Virus record (IMG/VR): IMGVR_UViG_3300024999_000040
Coordinates: 84,717-148,716 of that record
Strand: one strand, 5' to 3'
DNA length: 64,000 bases
DNA from: a virus
The notes beneath the pieces were generated by a model that was not told the origin of the DNA, did no database searches, and saw only the letters and a list, made by a program, of their open reading frames with translations. Position numbers and translations under genes: made by a program. How positions within the stretch are numbered: the first letter of the stretch is position 1; every line of letters begins with the position of its first letter. Of this stretch, positions 1 to 10,687 are shown in pieces.

Positions 1-366
1 TTCATACATGTCATCATAAGTAGAATCTTCTATTATCAAATACATTTTACCCTTATGCCTAAGAAATTCAGATTCTAGTCTATCCCTTTCTACGAAGTTT
101 TCTATTATTTCGTCAAGACATCCCTTACGTTCTATGGAAATTTGATTATTAAAATAAGTATCTCTAATTATACCTAATTCTGGATTTTTAGGAATATAAA
201 AACTATAATCTCCCCAATCAAGTTTCTTGCTAACATAAGAGATTTTCTTTTTATCAAACCATTCTGTAATATGGGAACATTGTTGTTCCCTACTGTCACA
301 TATAATTGTCATAGAAGATAATATTTTCTTCAGTTCAGCTTCAGTATATTTGAAATTTTCAATCAT
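1..366 (-). CDS. ERCC4/XPF-domain nuclease, runs off the window start
   Basis: Translated by hand: MIENFKYTEAELKKILSSMTIICDSREQ...LDWGDYSF...ISIERKG, matching the ERCC4 DxRE/GDY/ERK motifs; ATGA overlap with the dnaE stop. Confidence 0.8.
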   Translation of the reverse strand, partial: MIENFKYTEAELKKILSSMTIICDSREQQCSHITEWFDKKKISYVSKKLDWGDYSFYIPKNPELGIIRDTYFNNQISIERKGCLDEIIENFVERDRLESEFLRHKGKMYLIIEDSTYDDMYE

Positions 367-3300
367 TTGCTTTCTCCATTCTGAAATTTGTAAGTGATAT
401 TACTATATTTTGGTATCCAATATTCAACAGTTCCATCTACTTCTCTATATATTTTCTTTCCTGTATCTGGATTAATTTCTCCTGTTGGTTCTTTTTGTGG
501 CTTTTCATCAATAACTTTAACAAACAAAAAATCTCCTTGATCAAATGGTTGTTTATTATATTGATTTGTCCACATTTTTGTTTCTATTGTTTCACCATAT
601 TTAATTCTATACAAGATTACTTTAGTTATTGATTTTAGTACTTCCAACTCCGAAATATAATAAATATCATATGAATATTGATTATCACTAAAAGTAATGA
701 TTCCTAGAATTTCCTTCTGATTGTCTATTATCTCTTTTGTGGTTAAAGGAATATTTTCTATATTACTTATAATATCCTGTAACAAATCTTTATTTCTAAG
801 TTTAGTAACTTTTTTTGCAGTTTCATTTCCATAACCCAAAACAAAATCTAGCTTTATTCCATATTCTTCTATTTTGGCTTTAGAAATTTCTTTTGATTCT
901 CCAAAAATATCATTCCATTTTATAATTTGTAAAAGATAATTAACACCACCAAATTGTTTAAAATAATTTAACTTAACAAGTTTTTCAATAACAGTTTTAT
1001 TAATTCCAACTCCTTTTAAAGAATCAAGGAATTCTATAAAATTATTATATTTACTTTGTCCAAGTTCAAATAATGTTTGCGATACCTTTTCACCAAATCC
1101 TTTTATACTAGACATATTCGGATAGATAACTTTATTTTGTTCATCAATATTTACTCTTCTATTATCTATACCAAATTCATAATCCCCAAGTCTATATCCA
1201 TAAAAAGTTAAAGCTTCTTTTACAAGTGCATCAATTTTCTTTTTATTCTCTTTATCTTGATAGTGGTTAATTGCTACTTCATAAAATTTTGTTGTATGAT
1301 GTGCTTTAAACCACGCTTGATATGCACTATCACCTCCCATTGATAAAGCATGTGGAGCATTAAATGCATACCTTGCTGAGTCCTCGATAACATCCCAAAT
1401 ATTATCAAAATTATCAAGATTATTAAATATCTTAATCCAATTTTCTTTTAATGTACTTTTTAATTTATCTAACTTCTCTCCTTTAAGTTTCTTTTTAGAT
1501 ATCGCTTTTAAAACACCATATGCCTCACCCATAGGTAAACCAAGAAAAGATAATAACTTCATTATAGATTCTTGATATAACATAAAGTGATAACTATCAG
1601 TAAGTAAATCATCTATAATTTTTTCTCCGGTTGTATAGTTTTCTCTTGCTAAAAATGTTCCTAATAGCGATTTAAATCCTGGTCGTATACCAGCTATAAA
1701 AGCACTAGATTCAGCTAAAGTTTTTGCTTTATATTGTTTTGCTTTCTTCGTTGTTGATTCTTTTTCAACTTGATTAACACAACAAGTTATTCCTTTTTCA
1801 TATATCTCCCATGTTGCTTCATCGTTTTGAATCATTTCTCTTAATTCATCAAAAGTAGGTACTTCTTTCCCAATACTTTGAAAAAACTTATGAGTTAAAT
1901 GAACACTATCAACTATAAGATAATCATTTTTTACATAGCCAAATTCATCAAGATAATTACCTTCTATACAAGCACATAGAGTACGTTTTCCTGTAGTCTC
2001 TGATACTGCATTGATTAATCCTATCTTGCGTCTTATATCTCCTTCTAGCAACAAATAACCGCATGGATGAGCCTTTAGATTTATTGTAATTCCTTGATAT
2101 TCTAAACTGCCTTTATAAATTTCAAGATATTCTTCTGGAATAAAGTCTTCAATATGTATGAATTCTTTATCTTCTTCATCAGCATATTTTAATTTATCGT
2201 TATACTTATCAATAAACTTAGATATTTCATTTGCAACTTCTGGTTCAACATCATTTGCTCCTGCGAATAATTGCCATGCTGCCTTTTCTTTAAGTTTTTC
2301 AATTGCCATCAAAGGATAACAACTATGATATCCAATTAGTTCTCTTGTTGCTTCTACAAAAGGTTCTTGTACGGCAACATTATAATCTATATCTGGCATT
2401 TGTCCACTTAATACCCTATCTTTTGTTAAAAATCTTTCAGGATATATAGGAATTTCACAATTAAATCTATCTATTGTAGTAAATCCCAATAATTTATTTG
2501 TTATAAATGATGCAGCACTACCTCTTGATGTGGTAGTTAAAATTCCACCTTTTTCATTAACTGCTTTAGATATTATATGATAATTAGTTAATGGATAATC
2601 TACTACTCCACTATCCACATATTCTCCTACTTCATATCTTATACCTGCAACTTTTTCAGGTGTTTTTAACTTTTCATGTTTATAACTATCATTTATAATT
2701 TTCTTAAATATTTTAGTTCTTTCTTCATATGTAGTATTTGGATAAACACAAGGTATTTTGAAACTCTGATCAAAAACTGTTTCTTCACATTCATTAATAA
2801 ATACATTTGTATTCATCATTGATGTTAGAATTTCTTCATTATTTAAAACACCTTGCCTTTTAAACCTTTCGAATATTTCTTTATTATTAGGATAATCAAG
2901 ATACCATCCTTCTTCATCTTCATAGGTGATGCCTTTGTATTTTAATATCTGATCACGTTTAATTGTATTTTCAGGTTTAACATAATGGCTATCTAATCCG
3001 CATATAATTTGTATTCCGTATTTCTTAGATATTTCTAATATTTTTTCATTGAGAAATTTTTGGCTTGGAGTATTATGATTTTGTACTTCTAAAAAGAAAT
3101 TATCTCCAAAATGTTCATGAACTTTTAACCATATATCTTCTGCATCTTCATATTTCCACCCTGTAACACATGCGGAGGTTATTATCATATTATCTTTAGG
3201 AATATTAAATAACAATTCTAAATCAATTCTAGGTTTATAATAATAACCATCTTCGTTCGCAATAGAAAGAGCAAAATTCAAGTCTTCACGCCCTATCTCA

Positions 3301-3653
3301 TTCTTTGCAACTAAAACTATATGACAATTAGTTCTATCTTTTTCTATTCTATTTTTAACCCAATATGCTTCAGCAGAATGTCTATACTTTAATTCATATT
3401 TTTTAGCAATTTTATATGCTTCAAACTGGTTTCCTTGGTTTCCATGTTCCCCACTAAATAAACATCTTCCTTTATATTCAATAGTTTTTTCTGCATAATT
3501 TTCTATTGGTTCTGCACAATCAGGAGTAGAAACATTTGAATGATAAGTATGCTTATGATAGTTCTCACAATATAAATTTTCTAAATAATCATCTACATTA
3601 TAAGGAAATTTAAATGATAAAGAAGGTATTATTTTTTCAATTAGTTCTCTCAT
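363..3653 (-). CDS. dnaE: DNA polymerase III alpha subunit with PHP domain
   Basis: PHP HKH/EHG/DSHY motifs, SRGSAA, MPDIDY catalytic motif, YQE, YAFNAPH; 1096 aa. Confidence 0.95.
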   Translation of the reverse strand: MRELIEKIIPSLSFKFPYNVDDYLENLYCENYHKHTYHSNVSTPDCAEPIENYAEKTIEYKGRCLFSGEHGNQGNQFEAYKIAKKYELKYRHSAEAYWVKNRIEKDRTNCHIVLVAKNEIGREDLNFALSIANEDGYYYKPRIDLELLFNIPKDNMIITSACVTGWKYEDAEDIWLKVHEHFGDNFFLEVQNHNTPSQKFLNEKILEISKKYGIQIICGLDSHYVKPENTIKRDQILKYKGITYEDEEGWYLDYPNNKEIFERFKRQGVLNNEEILTSMMNTNVFINECEETVFDQSFKIPCVYPNTTYEERTKIFKKIINDSYKHEKLKTPEKVAGIRYEVGEYVDSGVVDYPLTNYHIISKAVNEKGGILTTTSRGSAASFITNKLLGFTTIDRFNCEIPIYPERFLTKDRVLSGQMPDIDYNVAVQEPFVEATRELIGYHSCYPLMAIEKLKEKAAWQLFAGANDVEPEVANEISKFIDKYNDKLKYADEEDKEFIHIEDFIPEEYLEIYKGSLEYQGITINLKAHPCGYLLLEGDIRRKIGLINAVSETTGKRTLCACIEGNYLDEFGYVKNDYLIVDSVHLTHKFFQSIGKEVPTFDELREMIQNDEATWEIYEKGITCCVNQVEKESTTKKAKQYKAKTLAESSAFIAGIRPGFKSLLGTFLARENYTTGEKIIDDLLTDSYHFMLYQESIMKLLSFLGLPMGEAYGVLKAISKKKLKGEKLDKLKSTLKENWIKIFNNLDNFDNIWDVIEDSARYAFNAPHALSMGGDSAYQAWFKAHHTTKFYEVAINHYQDKENKKKIDALVKEALTFYGYRLGDYEFGIDNRRVNIDEQNKVIYPNMSSIKGFGEKVSQTLFELGQSKYNNFIEFLDSLKGVGINKTVIEKLVKLNYFKQFGGVNYLLQIIKWNDIFGESKEISKAKIEEYGIKLDFVLGYGNETAKKVTKLRNKDLLQDIISNIENIPLTTKEIIDNQKEILGIITFSDNQYSYDIYYISELEVLKSITKVILYRIKYGETIETKMWTNQYNKQPFDQGDFLFVKVIDEKPQKEPTGEINPDTGKKIYREVDGTVEYWIPKYSNITYKFQNGESK

Positions 3654-3664
3654 ATTATATTCCT

Positions 3665-6457
3665 TTACTTTAATATTTCTTTTAATTCATCTGCGAACAA
3701 ACAATATTTACCTTTATTTCTACTTTTATTTTCATTAGTATTATATGTAATATACAGTTCATCTTTTGCTCTAGTGATATCAACAAATAGAAGTCTTCTT
3801 TCTTCTTCAAGTAAATTCAAATCGTCTTGAATTTCGTCATATTTAAATGAATTAATAGTTGTAATAACTACACTCCATTCCTTGCCTTTGCTACTATGTG
3901 CTGTTGTCAAAGTTACTACATTGTATTTATTTTCATCTTTTTCTATGCTTGTATCATCATTATATAAATTTATTTTATAAATATGTTCTAAGAAAAGATT
4001 AAAATTATCAAAAGTTATTTCTTGTAAATCTTCAATAAAACTTTTTGCTATTTCATCTTTTTCTATAATGGGATCAATTAATTTATAAAAATATTCTATT
4101 CTTGATTCTTCAGATTTTAAACTACTGAATTCCTCTATTATTTTTATTTTAAAATCATTACAAAACATTTCAATATATTCCTTATTCTTTTCTGAAAGCT
4201 CATTAATAAAATACAAATGCTCCATCAAATAATAATCATGTTCATTGTTTTTAAAGAAATTACTTAAATTTATTATGTGCTGAACATTTACATTATCGAT
4301 ATATAACTCACTTGCTTCTATCACATTAGGAATATTTTCTTTTTTAAAGTAACTTTGAATTTCCAGTAATTCTTTTTTGGTTCTTGCTATTATACAAACT
4401 TCATATTTTGGAATGCCTTTAGATATACTCTCTTTTACAAAATTGGTAATACCAATGTATTCATTTTCTAAAGTATCATAAGGTATTAAGATAGGTACTT
4501 TACCATTACTTCTTCTGCCAATAATTTCTTTATCAATTCTTTGTGTATTTAATTTGTTTAACTCATTAGCAACATAACATATTTCATTTGTTGACCTAAA
4601 ATTATCAAGCAGAAAAACGTCATTTACATTTGTAAATTGTTTATCAAAGTTTAAAATGTTCTCAGGCGTAGTATTTCGAAATGAGTAAATTGCCTGTGAA
4701 TCATCTCCGACAACCATTAATGAATTCATATTATTATATTTTTCTAATAAATGTAATAACTTTACTTGTGTAAAATCTGTATCTTGATATTCATCTATTA
4801 TAACATGCTTAAATCCATATTTGTCAATTAAATTAATATCTACTTCAAATAGTTCAATTAAGTATAATATCTGGTCTTGATACTGTATTAACCCCTTAGA
4901 TTTTAGCTTTTCATTAAACTTAGAATACATCTCATAAATAAGATCAGCCTTATTTGATTCTACATTAAAATCCTTTTCTCTTGACAAAATTTTCTCATTA
5001 AATGTTCCAACACTATAATCATAACTTTTTATAATATTGAAATATATCACAAGTTGCTTAAAAGCCCCTTTAGCATTAGGATAATTAAGTAGTGGATTCC
5101 TATAATTTAACCATTCTATTTTACTATACTCTTCTATTTCAAACAGTTCTTTAATAATATCATTTACATCTATAGAGTTTGCCAACTTAGGTTGTACTGA
5201 AAACCCTAGTTTATTCCATTCTTTAGATACTATGCTATCTCCAAAAGAGTTAAAGGTAAAAATATTGAGATTATTAACATTTATGTTTTTGATTCCATAA
5301 TAACTTAACCAATAGTTAATTTTATCTCTTAATTCTTGCGCTCCTTTATTAGTGAAGGTTATTAATAATATATCTCTTGGAGTATACCCCTTCTTGAACA
5401 ATTCTATTGTCCTCATGACCATACTTGATGATTTTCCTGAACCTGCAACAGCATTTATCCTATAATTACCATGTTCTATTTCTACAATCTGTTTTTGATC
5501 TTTTGTTAGTTTAAGTTCTCCGCTAGATTTCTTAGAATCTATAACTATTTTCATATCCAATTTATTATTAGTATCTTCATAATTACATAGAGTTGAATAA
5601 TTACAAAAATCACAATCGGAAGATTTACATTTTTCTGAATTAAAATTCAAATCAGAATTTAAAAGTTCTATAATTTCAGCATCTAGGGATTTATCATAAT
5701 TAAAAGTTATGATATTGTTCCCTTCGGAATTATTAAAATATAGAACATCAGATATTTCCTTAATTTGTTTTTCGTGTTCTTTTTGCAACTTTTTATCAGG
5801 GTAACTAATTAGTTTTAGATTATTTAATACTTCAGTCAGTTCATTTTCATCCGTCAAAAATTGAGAATAAAGGGCTTCTTTATCCTTCTTCCCTTTTAAA
5901 TGATAAAATGAAGATATAATTGGTTTACCTTTACTAGCGTATAATTGCTCCCCTAACTTTTTCAAAAGATATAATTCTATATCATTCTCAGGTAAATTCT
6001 TATCTGTTCTTGCCTTATAACTCAATTCAGTTGCACCCATCTTATATTTTATTATTTCAATACTTTCAGGATTCTCAAAACCCACATCAGCATTTATTTC
6101 TATTTCTTGATCATTTATTGAAACATTCCCATATATAGTTTTAGCTATTATTTCTCTATTCTTCAGCTTCTCAAAAGTTATATATCTTGATAAATGGGAA
6201 AATATTATATTTATTTCTACTGTTTTCTCTTGTTTTGTTAAGAAAAACTTTTCTTCTATTAGGTTTTCTATCAAAGATTTTAACTCTGTATCCTTTAGGT
6301 TAACAAAATCATAATCCTTAATAATAGTTTTATATATTTGGGAAATCATACTGGACTTATTATTAAGAGTCTTAAAATTGCTAAATTGAGATACATAGGC
6401 TTTAAATTTACAATCTTTTATATTTTTGAGTTGATATAATTTTATTTTATTTTTCAT
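3665..6457 (-). CDS. UvrD/PcrA-like SF1 helicase with N-terminal degenerate PD-(D/E)XK-like, Cys-rich domain
   Basis: AVAGSGKS, ITFTNK, IIDEYQD, VGDDSQAIY, NFRS, TAHSSKGKEW, EERRLLFVDITRAK; N-terminal IIKYKMG and CKSSDCDFCNYSTLC. Confidence 0.9.
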   Translation of the reverse strand: MKNKIKLYQLKNIKDCKFKAYVSQFSNFKTLNNKSSMISQIYKTIIKDYDFVNLKDTELKSLIENLIEEKFFLTKQEKTVEINIIFSHLSRYITFEKLKNREIIAKTIYGNVSINDQEIEINADVGFENPESIEIIKYKMGATELSYKARTDKNLPENDIELYLLKKLGEQLYASKGKPIISSFYHLKGKKDKEALYSQFLTDENELTEVLNNLKLISYPDKKLQKEHEKQIKEISDVLYFNNSEGNNIITFNYDKSLDAEIIELLNSDLNFNSEKCKSSDCDFCNYSTLCNYEDTNNKLDMKIVIDSKKSSGELKLTKDQKQIVEIEHGNYRINAVAGSGKSSSMVMRTIELFKKGYTPRDILLITFTNKGAQELRDKINYWLSYYGIKNINVNNLNIFTFNSFGDSIVSKEWNKLGFSVQPKLANSIDVNDIIKELFEIEEYSKIEWLNYRNPLLNYPNAKGAFKQLVIYFNIIKSYDYSVGTFNEKILSREKDFNVESNKADLIYEMYSKFNEKLKSKGLIQYQDQILYLIELFEVDINLIDKYGFKHVIIDEYQDTDFTQVKLLHLLEKYNNMNSLMVVGDDSQAIYSFRNTTPENILNFDKQFTNVNDVFLLDNFRSTNEICYVANELNKLNTQRIDKEIIGRRSNGKVPILIPYDTLENEYIGITNFVKESISKGIPKYEVCIIARTKKELLEIQSYFKKENIPNVIEASELYIDNVNVQHIINLSNFFKNNEHDYYLMEHLYFINELSEKNKEYIEMFCNDFKIKIIEEFSSLKSEESRIEYFYKLIDPIIEKDEIAKSFIEDLQEITFDNFNLFLEHIYKINLYNDDTSIEKDENKYNVVTLTTAHSSKGKEWSVVITTINSFKYDEIQDDLNLLEEERRLLFVDITRAKDELYITYNTNENKSRNKGKYCLFADELKEILK

Positions 6458-6479
6458 TAATAAATCCTTCTTTATAATT

Positions 6480-7835
6480 TTATTTGAAAATTGATTGTTT
6501 TTTATTGTTTTTATCCTCTTTTGCTATACTGTAAAAATTAAAAGTTCTGCCTTCAAACATCAAAGGGAAATATCCAGTAGCCCCATTTCTTTGTTTTGCA
6601 ATAATTGCTTTCCTTTTTTGAATTTCAGCCATATCATCAGAATCACTTTCTTTATGAAGAAAAATTACGTTATCAGCATCCTGCTCTATATCACCACATT
6701 CTCTTAAATCGCTCAATCTAGGTTCTCTATTTTCTTTTTCTGTTGCACGATTTAATTGTGCTAACGCAACTACAGGAATATTAAATTCTTTTGATAGTGA
6801 TTTTAAATTTCTACTGATATCTCCAAGTTCTCCATTTCTATTGTCAGTTTTTTTCATAGTCAACATTAACTGAATATAATCTACAAATAAAGCATCTAAC
6901 TTGTTTTTTGATTTTAATTGTCTACAATAAGCACGAATTTCTTGTATGTATTTAAATTCTTCAATTTGCAATGGAAGGCTATTAATATATATCAAGGTTT
7001 GTTTGTATAATTTATATTCATCTTCTGTCATTAATTTAGGCTTTCTTAATTTATGACTATTAATTTTTGATTCTGAAGATATTAGTCTTGCCAATAATTG
7101 CTTATCAGACATCTCTAAACTTATAAATGGAATATGTAATCCTTTTTTAACAAGATTTCTAGCAATTTGTAATCCGAAAGCGGTCTTGCCAACAGCAGGT
7201 CTAGCCCCAATAATTGTAAATTCTTGTTCATGCAATCCGTCTAACCAATAATCATAATCGGTTAATCCTGTAAAATATTTTTCTTCATTTCCATTATCTT
7301 GATTTCTTTTTCTTTCAATATCTCCATCAAGTTCTTCTGAAGCTTTTTTCATACTTCTATTTTTCTTTTGATCATTTATGTCTATTCCAGATATAATTTC
7401 TAGGGCATCATTTTTTAAGTCAACAGTATTATCATAGTCTTGCTCATATGCTTTTTCTTGTATTTCTGAAGACTTTTTTATTAATTGTCTTCTTATGGAT
7501 TTTTCTTCTACTATTCTTGAATAATGTTTAGCATTTGCAGTTGTTGGTACATTACTTGAGATATAAGCAAGATAATCATAGCCACCAATTGTATCGAAAA
7601 TATTCTGTAATTTTAATTGTTCTGATACAGTAATTATATCTACTGGTTTATTACCATTATGTAGTTCATAAATAATATCAAATATTTCTTGATGTTCTGG
7701 CTTATAAAAATCCCTTGAATTTAAAATAGATAAAATATCTGGTATAATATCACTATCCAATAAGGCAGAACCTAATACACTTTGTTCTGCCTCAATGTTT
7801 TGTGGAGGCAACCTACCTAAAGCATTAAAATTCAT
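6480..7835 (-). CDS. dnaB: Replicative DNA helicase
   Basis: PPQNIEAEQSVLG, GARPAVGKT, SLEM, VDYIQL, LAQLNR, DLRECGDIEQDAD, IAKQRNG. Confidence 0.97.
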   Translation of the reverse strand: MNFNALGRLPPQNIEAEQSVLGSALLDSDIIPDILSILNSRDFYKPEHQEIFDIIYELHNGNKPVDIITVSEQLKLQNIFDTIGGYDYLAYISSNVPTTANAKHYSRIVEEKSIRRQLIKKSSEIQEKAYEQDYDNTVDLKNDALEIISGIDINDQKKNRSMKKASEELDGDIERKRNQDNGNEEKYFTGLTDYDYWLDGLHEQEFTIIGARPAVGKTAFGLQIARNLVKKGLHIPFISLEMSDKQLLARLISSESKINSHKLRKPKLMTEDEYKLYKQTLIYINSLPLQIEEFKYIQEIRAYCRQLKSKNKLDALFVDYIQLMLTMKKTDNRNGELGDISRNLKSLSKEFNIPVVALAQLNRATEKENREPRLSDLRECGDIEQDADNVIFLHKESDSDDMAEIQKRKAIIAKQRNGATGYFPLMFEGRTFNFYSIAKEDKNNKKQSIFK

Positions 7836-7845
7836 AACACCATCC

Positions 7846-8523
7846 TTAATTTACTTCATAATTTGATAAATCTTTATATTGAGGCTTTTTAGGCTGATTA
7901 ATAGAATTTTGTTTATTCTTTTTTTCTTCCATATTAATCCAAGTTAAAATAGTATGGTAATGACTAGCTTTCTTTCTTTTTGCTTCAGTAGGTTTTTCAC
8001 CTATCCAATTATTCAAACTCTCTATTTTATCATCTATGAATTTCTTATCGTATTTTTCTACTAACTTTTCATATTCATTTTCAGTCAAAAAAACATATTC
8101 CAAATATTGTTTTTTATCTTCTTTGGGTTTTTCTATTTTTATATCGTTTTCAACTAAATTTGTATTAATATTTACTTTCTTTTTCATCTTCTGAATATTA
8201 TTTAATAAATTTGGTACATATAAAATTCTTTCATTTTTCCATTTTTCTTTATCAATAGCATCTAATTCACATAGAGTGTTTAAAATTTCAGACATTAATT
8301 TACCATCAATTTTAAATTTATCTAATAGAATTTTACATGCTCCTTTTGTTTTAGCACAAAATTGATAATCATGAGATGGACTACTTCCTAAAACTTCTAA
8401 TAATTTAAACCAAACTGCATACCCATTATTTTGATATAACATTTCCAATGTTTTTATTGTTGTGCTTTCTTTTAATAAATGAGGGAAAAAGTCTATAGAT
8501 TGTTTAGGTTTCCCTGCCATCAT
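7846..8523 (-). CDS. Phage replication initiator-like protein (DUF4373/Lin1244-like N-terminus)
   Basis: DFFPH...GYAVWFKLLEVL N-terminus; C-terminal VFLTENEYEKL...HYHTILTW; located between ssb and dnaB. Confidence 0.65.
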   Translation of the reverse strand: MMAGKPKQSIDFFPHLLKESTTIKTLEMLYQNNGYAVWFKLLEVLGSSPSHDYQFCAKTKGACKILLDKFKIDGKLMSEILNTLCELDAIDKEKWKNERILYVPNLLNNIQKMKKKVNINTNLVENDIKIEKPKEDKKQYLEYVFLTENEYEKLVEKYDKKFIDDKIESLNNWIGEKPTEAKRKKASHYHTILTWINMEEKKNKQNSINQPKKPQYKDLSNYEVN

Positions 8524-8547
8524 ATATCACCTACTTTTAAAAGATTT

Positions 8548-8572
8548 TAGGAGGAGAATATTTCTCCTCCTA
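8548..8572. terminator. Perfect 11-bp stem hairpin after ssb (weak terminator or mRNA stabiliser)
   Basis: TAGGAGGAGAA-tat-TTCTCCTCCTA. Confidence 0.55.
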
Positions 8573-8590
8573 TAAGTTTACATATTTGTA

Positions 8591-8995
8591 TTAAAATGGA
8601 AGATCATCGTCTTCCAAAGGATAAAAACCATCTCCCTGTGCTCCAGTAGGTTTTTGTGAAGGTGTTCCTTCACCCTTTTTGCTATCTGCAAAATAAGTAT
8701 CTTCAACAATAACTTCTGTTACATAATGCTTTTTACCTTCGTTATCATCCCAAGTTCTTGTTTCAATTCTTCCTACAATAGCAACCTGTGAACCTTTAGT
8801 AAAATATTTAGCTACAAATTCTGCTGTCTTTGCCCATGACTGACAATTGATAAAATCTGCTTTCTTTTCTTCCCCTTGTTTTGTAAATTTTCTGTTTACC
8901 GCTAATGTGAAAGAACATACGGCAGTATTATTAGCAGTAGTATACTTCAATTCAGGGTCTTTGGTGAGCCTTCCCATAAGAATTACTTTGTTCAT
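8591..8995 (-). CDS. ssb: Single-stranded DNA-binding protein
   Basis: MNKVILMGRLTKDPEL N-terminus, DDDLPF acidic tip. Confidence 0.97.
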   Translation of the reverse strand: MNKVILMGRLTKDPELKYTTANNTAVCSFTLAVNRKFTKQGEEKKADFINCQSWAKTAEFVAKYFTKGSQVAIVGRIETRTWDDNEGKKHYVTEVIVEDTYFADSKKGEGTPSQKPTGAQGDGFYPLEDDDLPF

Positions 8996-9014
8996 AATTA
9001 ATTTATCCTCCTAT

Positions 9015-9959
9015 TTATTTTGTTATAGTTATATCCTTTAATGCCTTGATAACGGCATTTGCGACCTCTATGTCCTTAATTGTGGTATAATTTGCAACTG
9101 TGTGTTTTGACTTTATTGCCGTTTTAATGTCTGCCTCTGATACTTTCAATGAAGTTAATTCAGCAACTATAGTCTTAATATCTTCTTTTGCTTTTGCTAA
9201 TTCATCAACTACTGATTCATCAATTTTAGATTCATTGAATTTTGGTGTCTCTGATTTAGGTTGTGGTTTAGGGTCTGGAGCATCTCCACTATTAGCCCAA
9301 TCATACAATGCCATACCATCTTTTTCTGTCAGCACATCATATCTATTTTCAAAGAGATGTGTATTGTCTTTCATAGCATCAGCAATATGTGATTGTTGGT
9401 CAATATTGAACGTAACGGTATAGTTGTATTCTGTATTATCTCTCTGTTTATAACCCAATCCAACTTTCTTTGGCACTTGCTTTCCATTCTTCTCTTCCAT
9501 AACATATTCGTCTTTTCCTCTGACGGTAGCAAAAATATGTAGTGGAGATTGAAGAATCTTTTCCATAAAAGGGTCATGTCTAGGAGTAATTTTTACCCAA
9601 TTAGTATAACTATTTCCTGGCATTTTTGAGTGAACTTCCAAACAATAATCCCATTCATGAGTTATACTATCAATGATTAAAATAGTGTAACCCCCATCAG
9701 CAGCAGCATCTATTGCTTCAATATACTTTTCTGGAGTATAAGGTGCTGATAATTGCAAATCATCAAAATCGAATTCATTTGCATAATATCTTATACGTCC
9801 ATTTTCCGTATCAATTGCTGCAATTTTACCACCAGACTTTTTTGCAAATCCAGTTGCAAGTCTTAACATTGAATATGTTTTGCCTGAACCCGATGCTCCT
9901 GCCCCGAGAACCTTTATCCATATCTGTTCTCTCTTCGCTTTTTTAAAGCCAATTGCCAT
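9015..9959 (-). CDS. AAA_24/Sak4-like ATPase (single-strand annealing recombinase)
   Basis: GASGSGKT Walker A, IDTENG, IIDSITHEW; adjacent to ssb. Confidence 0.8.
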   Translation of the reverse strand: MAIGFKKAKREQIWIKVLGAGASGSGKTYSMLRLATGFAKKSGGKIAAIDTENGRIRYYANEFDFDDLQLSAPYTPEKYIEAIDAAADGGYTILIIDSITHEWDYCLEVHSKMPGNSYTNWVKITPRHDPFMEKILQSPLHIFATVRGKDEYVMEEKNGKQVPKKVGLGYKQRDNTEYNYTVTFNIDQQSHIADAMKDNTHLFENRYDVLTEKDGMALYDWANSGDAPDPKPQPKSETPKFNESKIDESVVDELAKAKEDIKTIVAELTSLKVSEADIKTAIKSKHTVANYTTIKDIEVANAVIKALKDITITK

Positions 9960-9997
9960 AAATTCTCTTACCCTCTTTCTTTATTATATTTATTTTA

Positions 9998-10687
9998 TTA
10001 TTTGTTATATAAAGGTGAAAACTCACCAAAATATATTAACTCTGCATTATGTCTTGCTTTAACTGCATTTTCAAAATCATCAAAGTTTCCTAAATAAATT
10101 TGTTTGCCTTCAACTGTAATTCTGGCTCTCCAACAATTTTCTTTTTCTCTCCAACCAACGCCAGTTATTCCAGAAGTATTATCTTTTCTTTTGTTAATAT
10201 TCATACCATTTTGACTATTTGTAGCAACTCTTAAATTTTTTCTACGATTATCATATTTATGTCTATTTCTATGATCAACTTTACTTGATGTATTCATTAA
10301 TAATTTATGTAATTTAATACCTTTACCATAAATCCTAGTTACTACATATCCGTCTTTATCAAAATACCAACTATGACTTTCAATAACTTCTGAATCAATT
10401 ATGTCATAATAAAACTCTTGATTAGTGTCTGTAAATCCAACTTTATAATTATCTTTAAACTCAAAAATATTAGGTGGAACTGAGTTTCTTTTTCTTTCTT
10501 TATATAGACACCCACAACTTTTGATTCTTTCTGACGTTAAATGGGATGCTCTAACTTCTTTTATTGTTCTTTTCTCACATTGACATTCACAAATCCAATA
10601 AGGTCTACCATTTCTATCTTCTGCTCTTTTTATTACTTTAAGTAAACCAAACATTTGCCCTGTTAAATCTTTTAATACATTAATCAC
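9998..10687 (-). CDS. HNH homing endonuclease with AP2 domain
   Basis: WICECQC...SCGC, VDHRNRHKYDNRRKNLR, SGITGV...WRARI...YLGNF AP2 domain. Confidence 0.9.
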   Translation of the reverse strand: MINVLKDLTGQMFGLLKVIKRAEDRNGRPYWICECQCEKRTIKEVRASHLTSERIKSCGCLYKERKRNSVPPNIFEFKDNYKVGFTDTNQEFYYDIIDSEVIESHSWYFDKDGYVVTRIYGKGIKLHKLLMNTSSKVDHRNRHKYDNRRKNLRVATNSQNGMNINKRKDNTSGITGVGWREKENCWRARITVEGKQIYLGNFDDFENAVKARHNAELIYFGEFSPLYNK

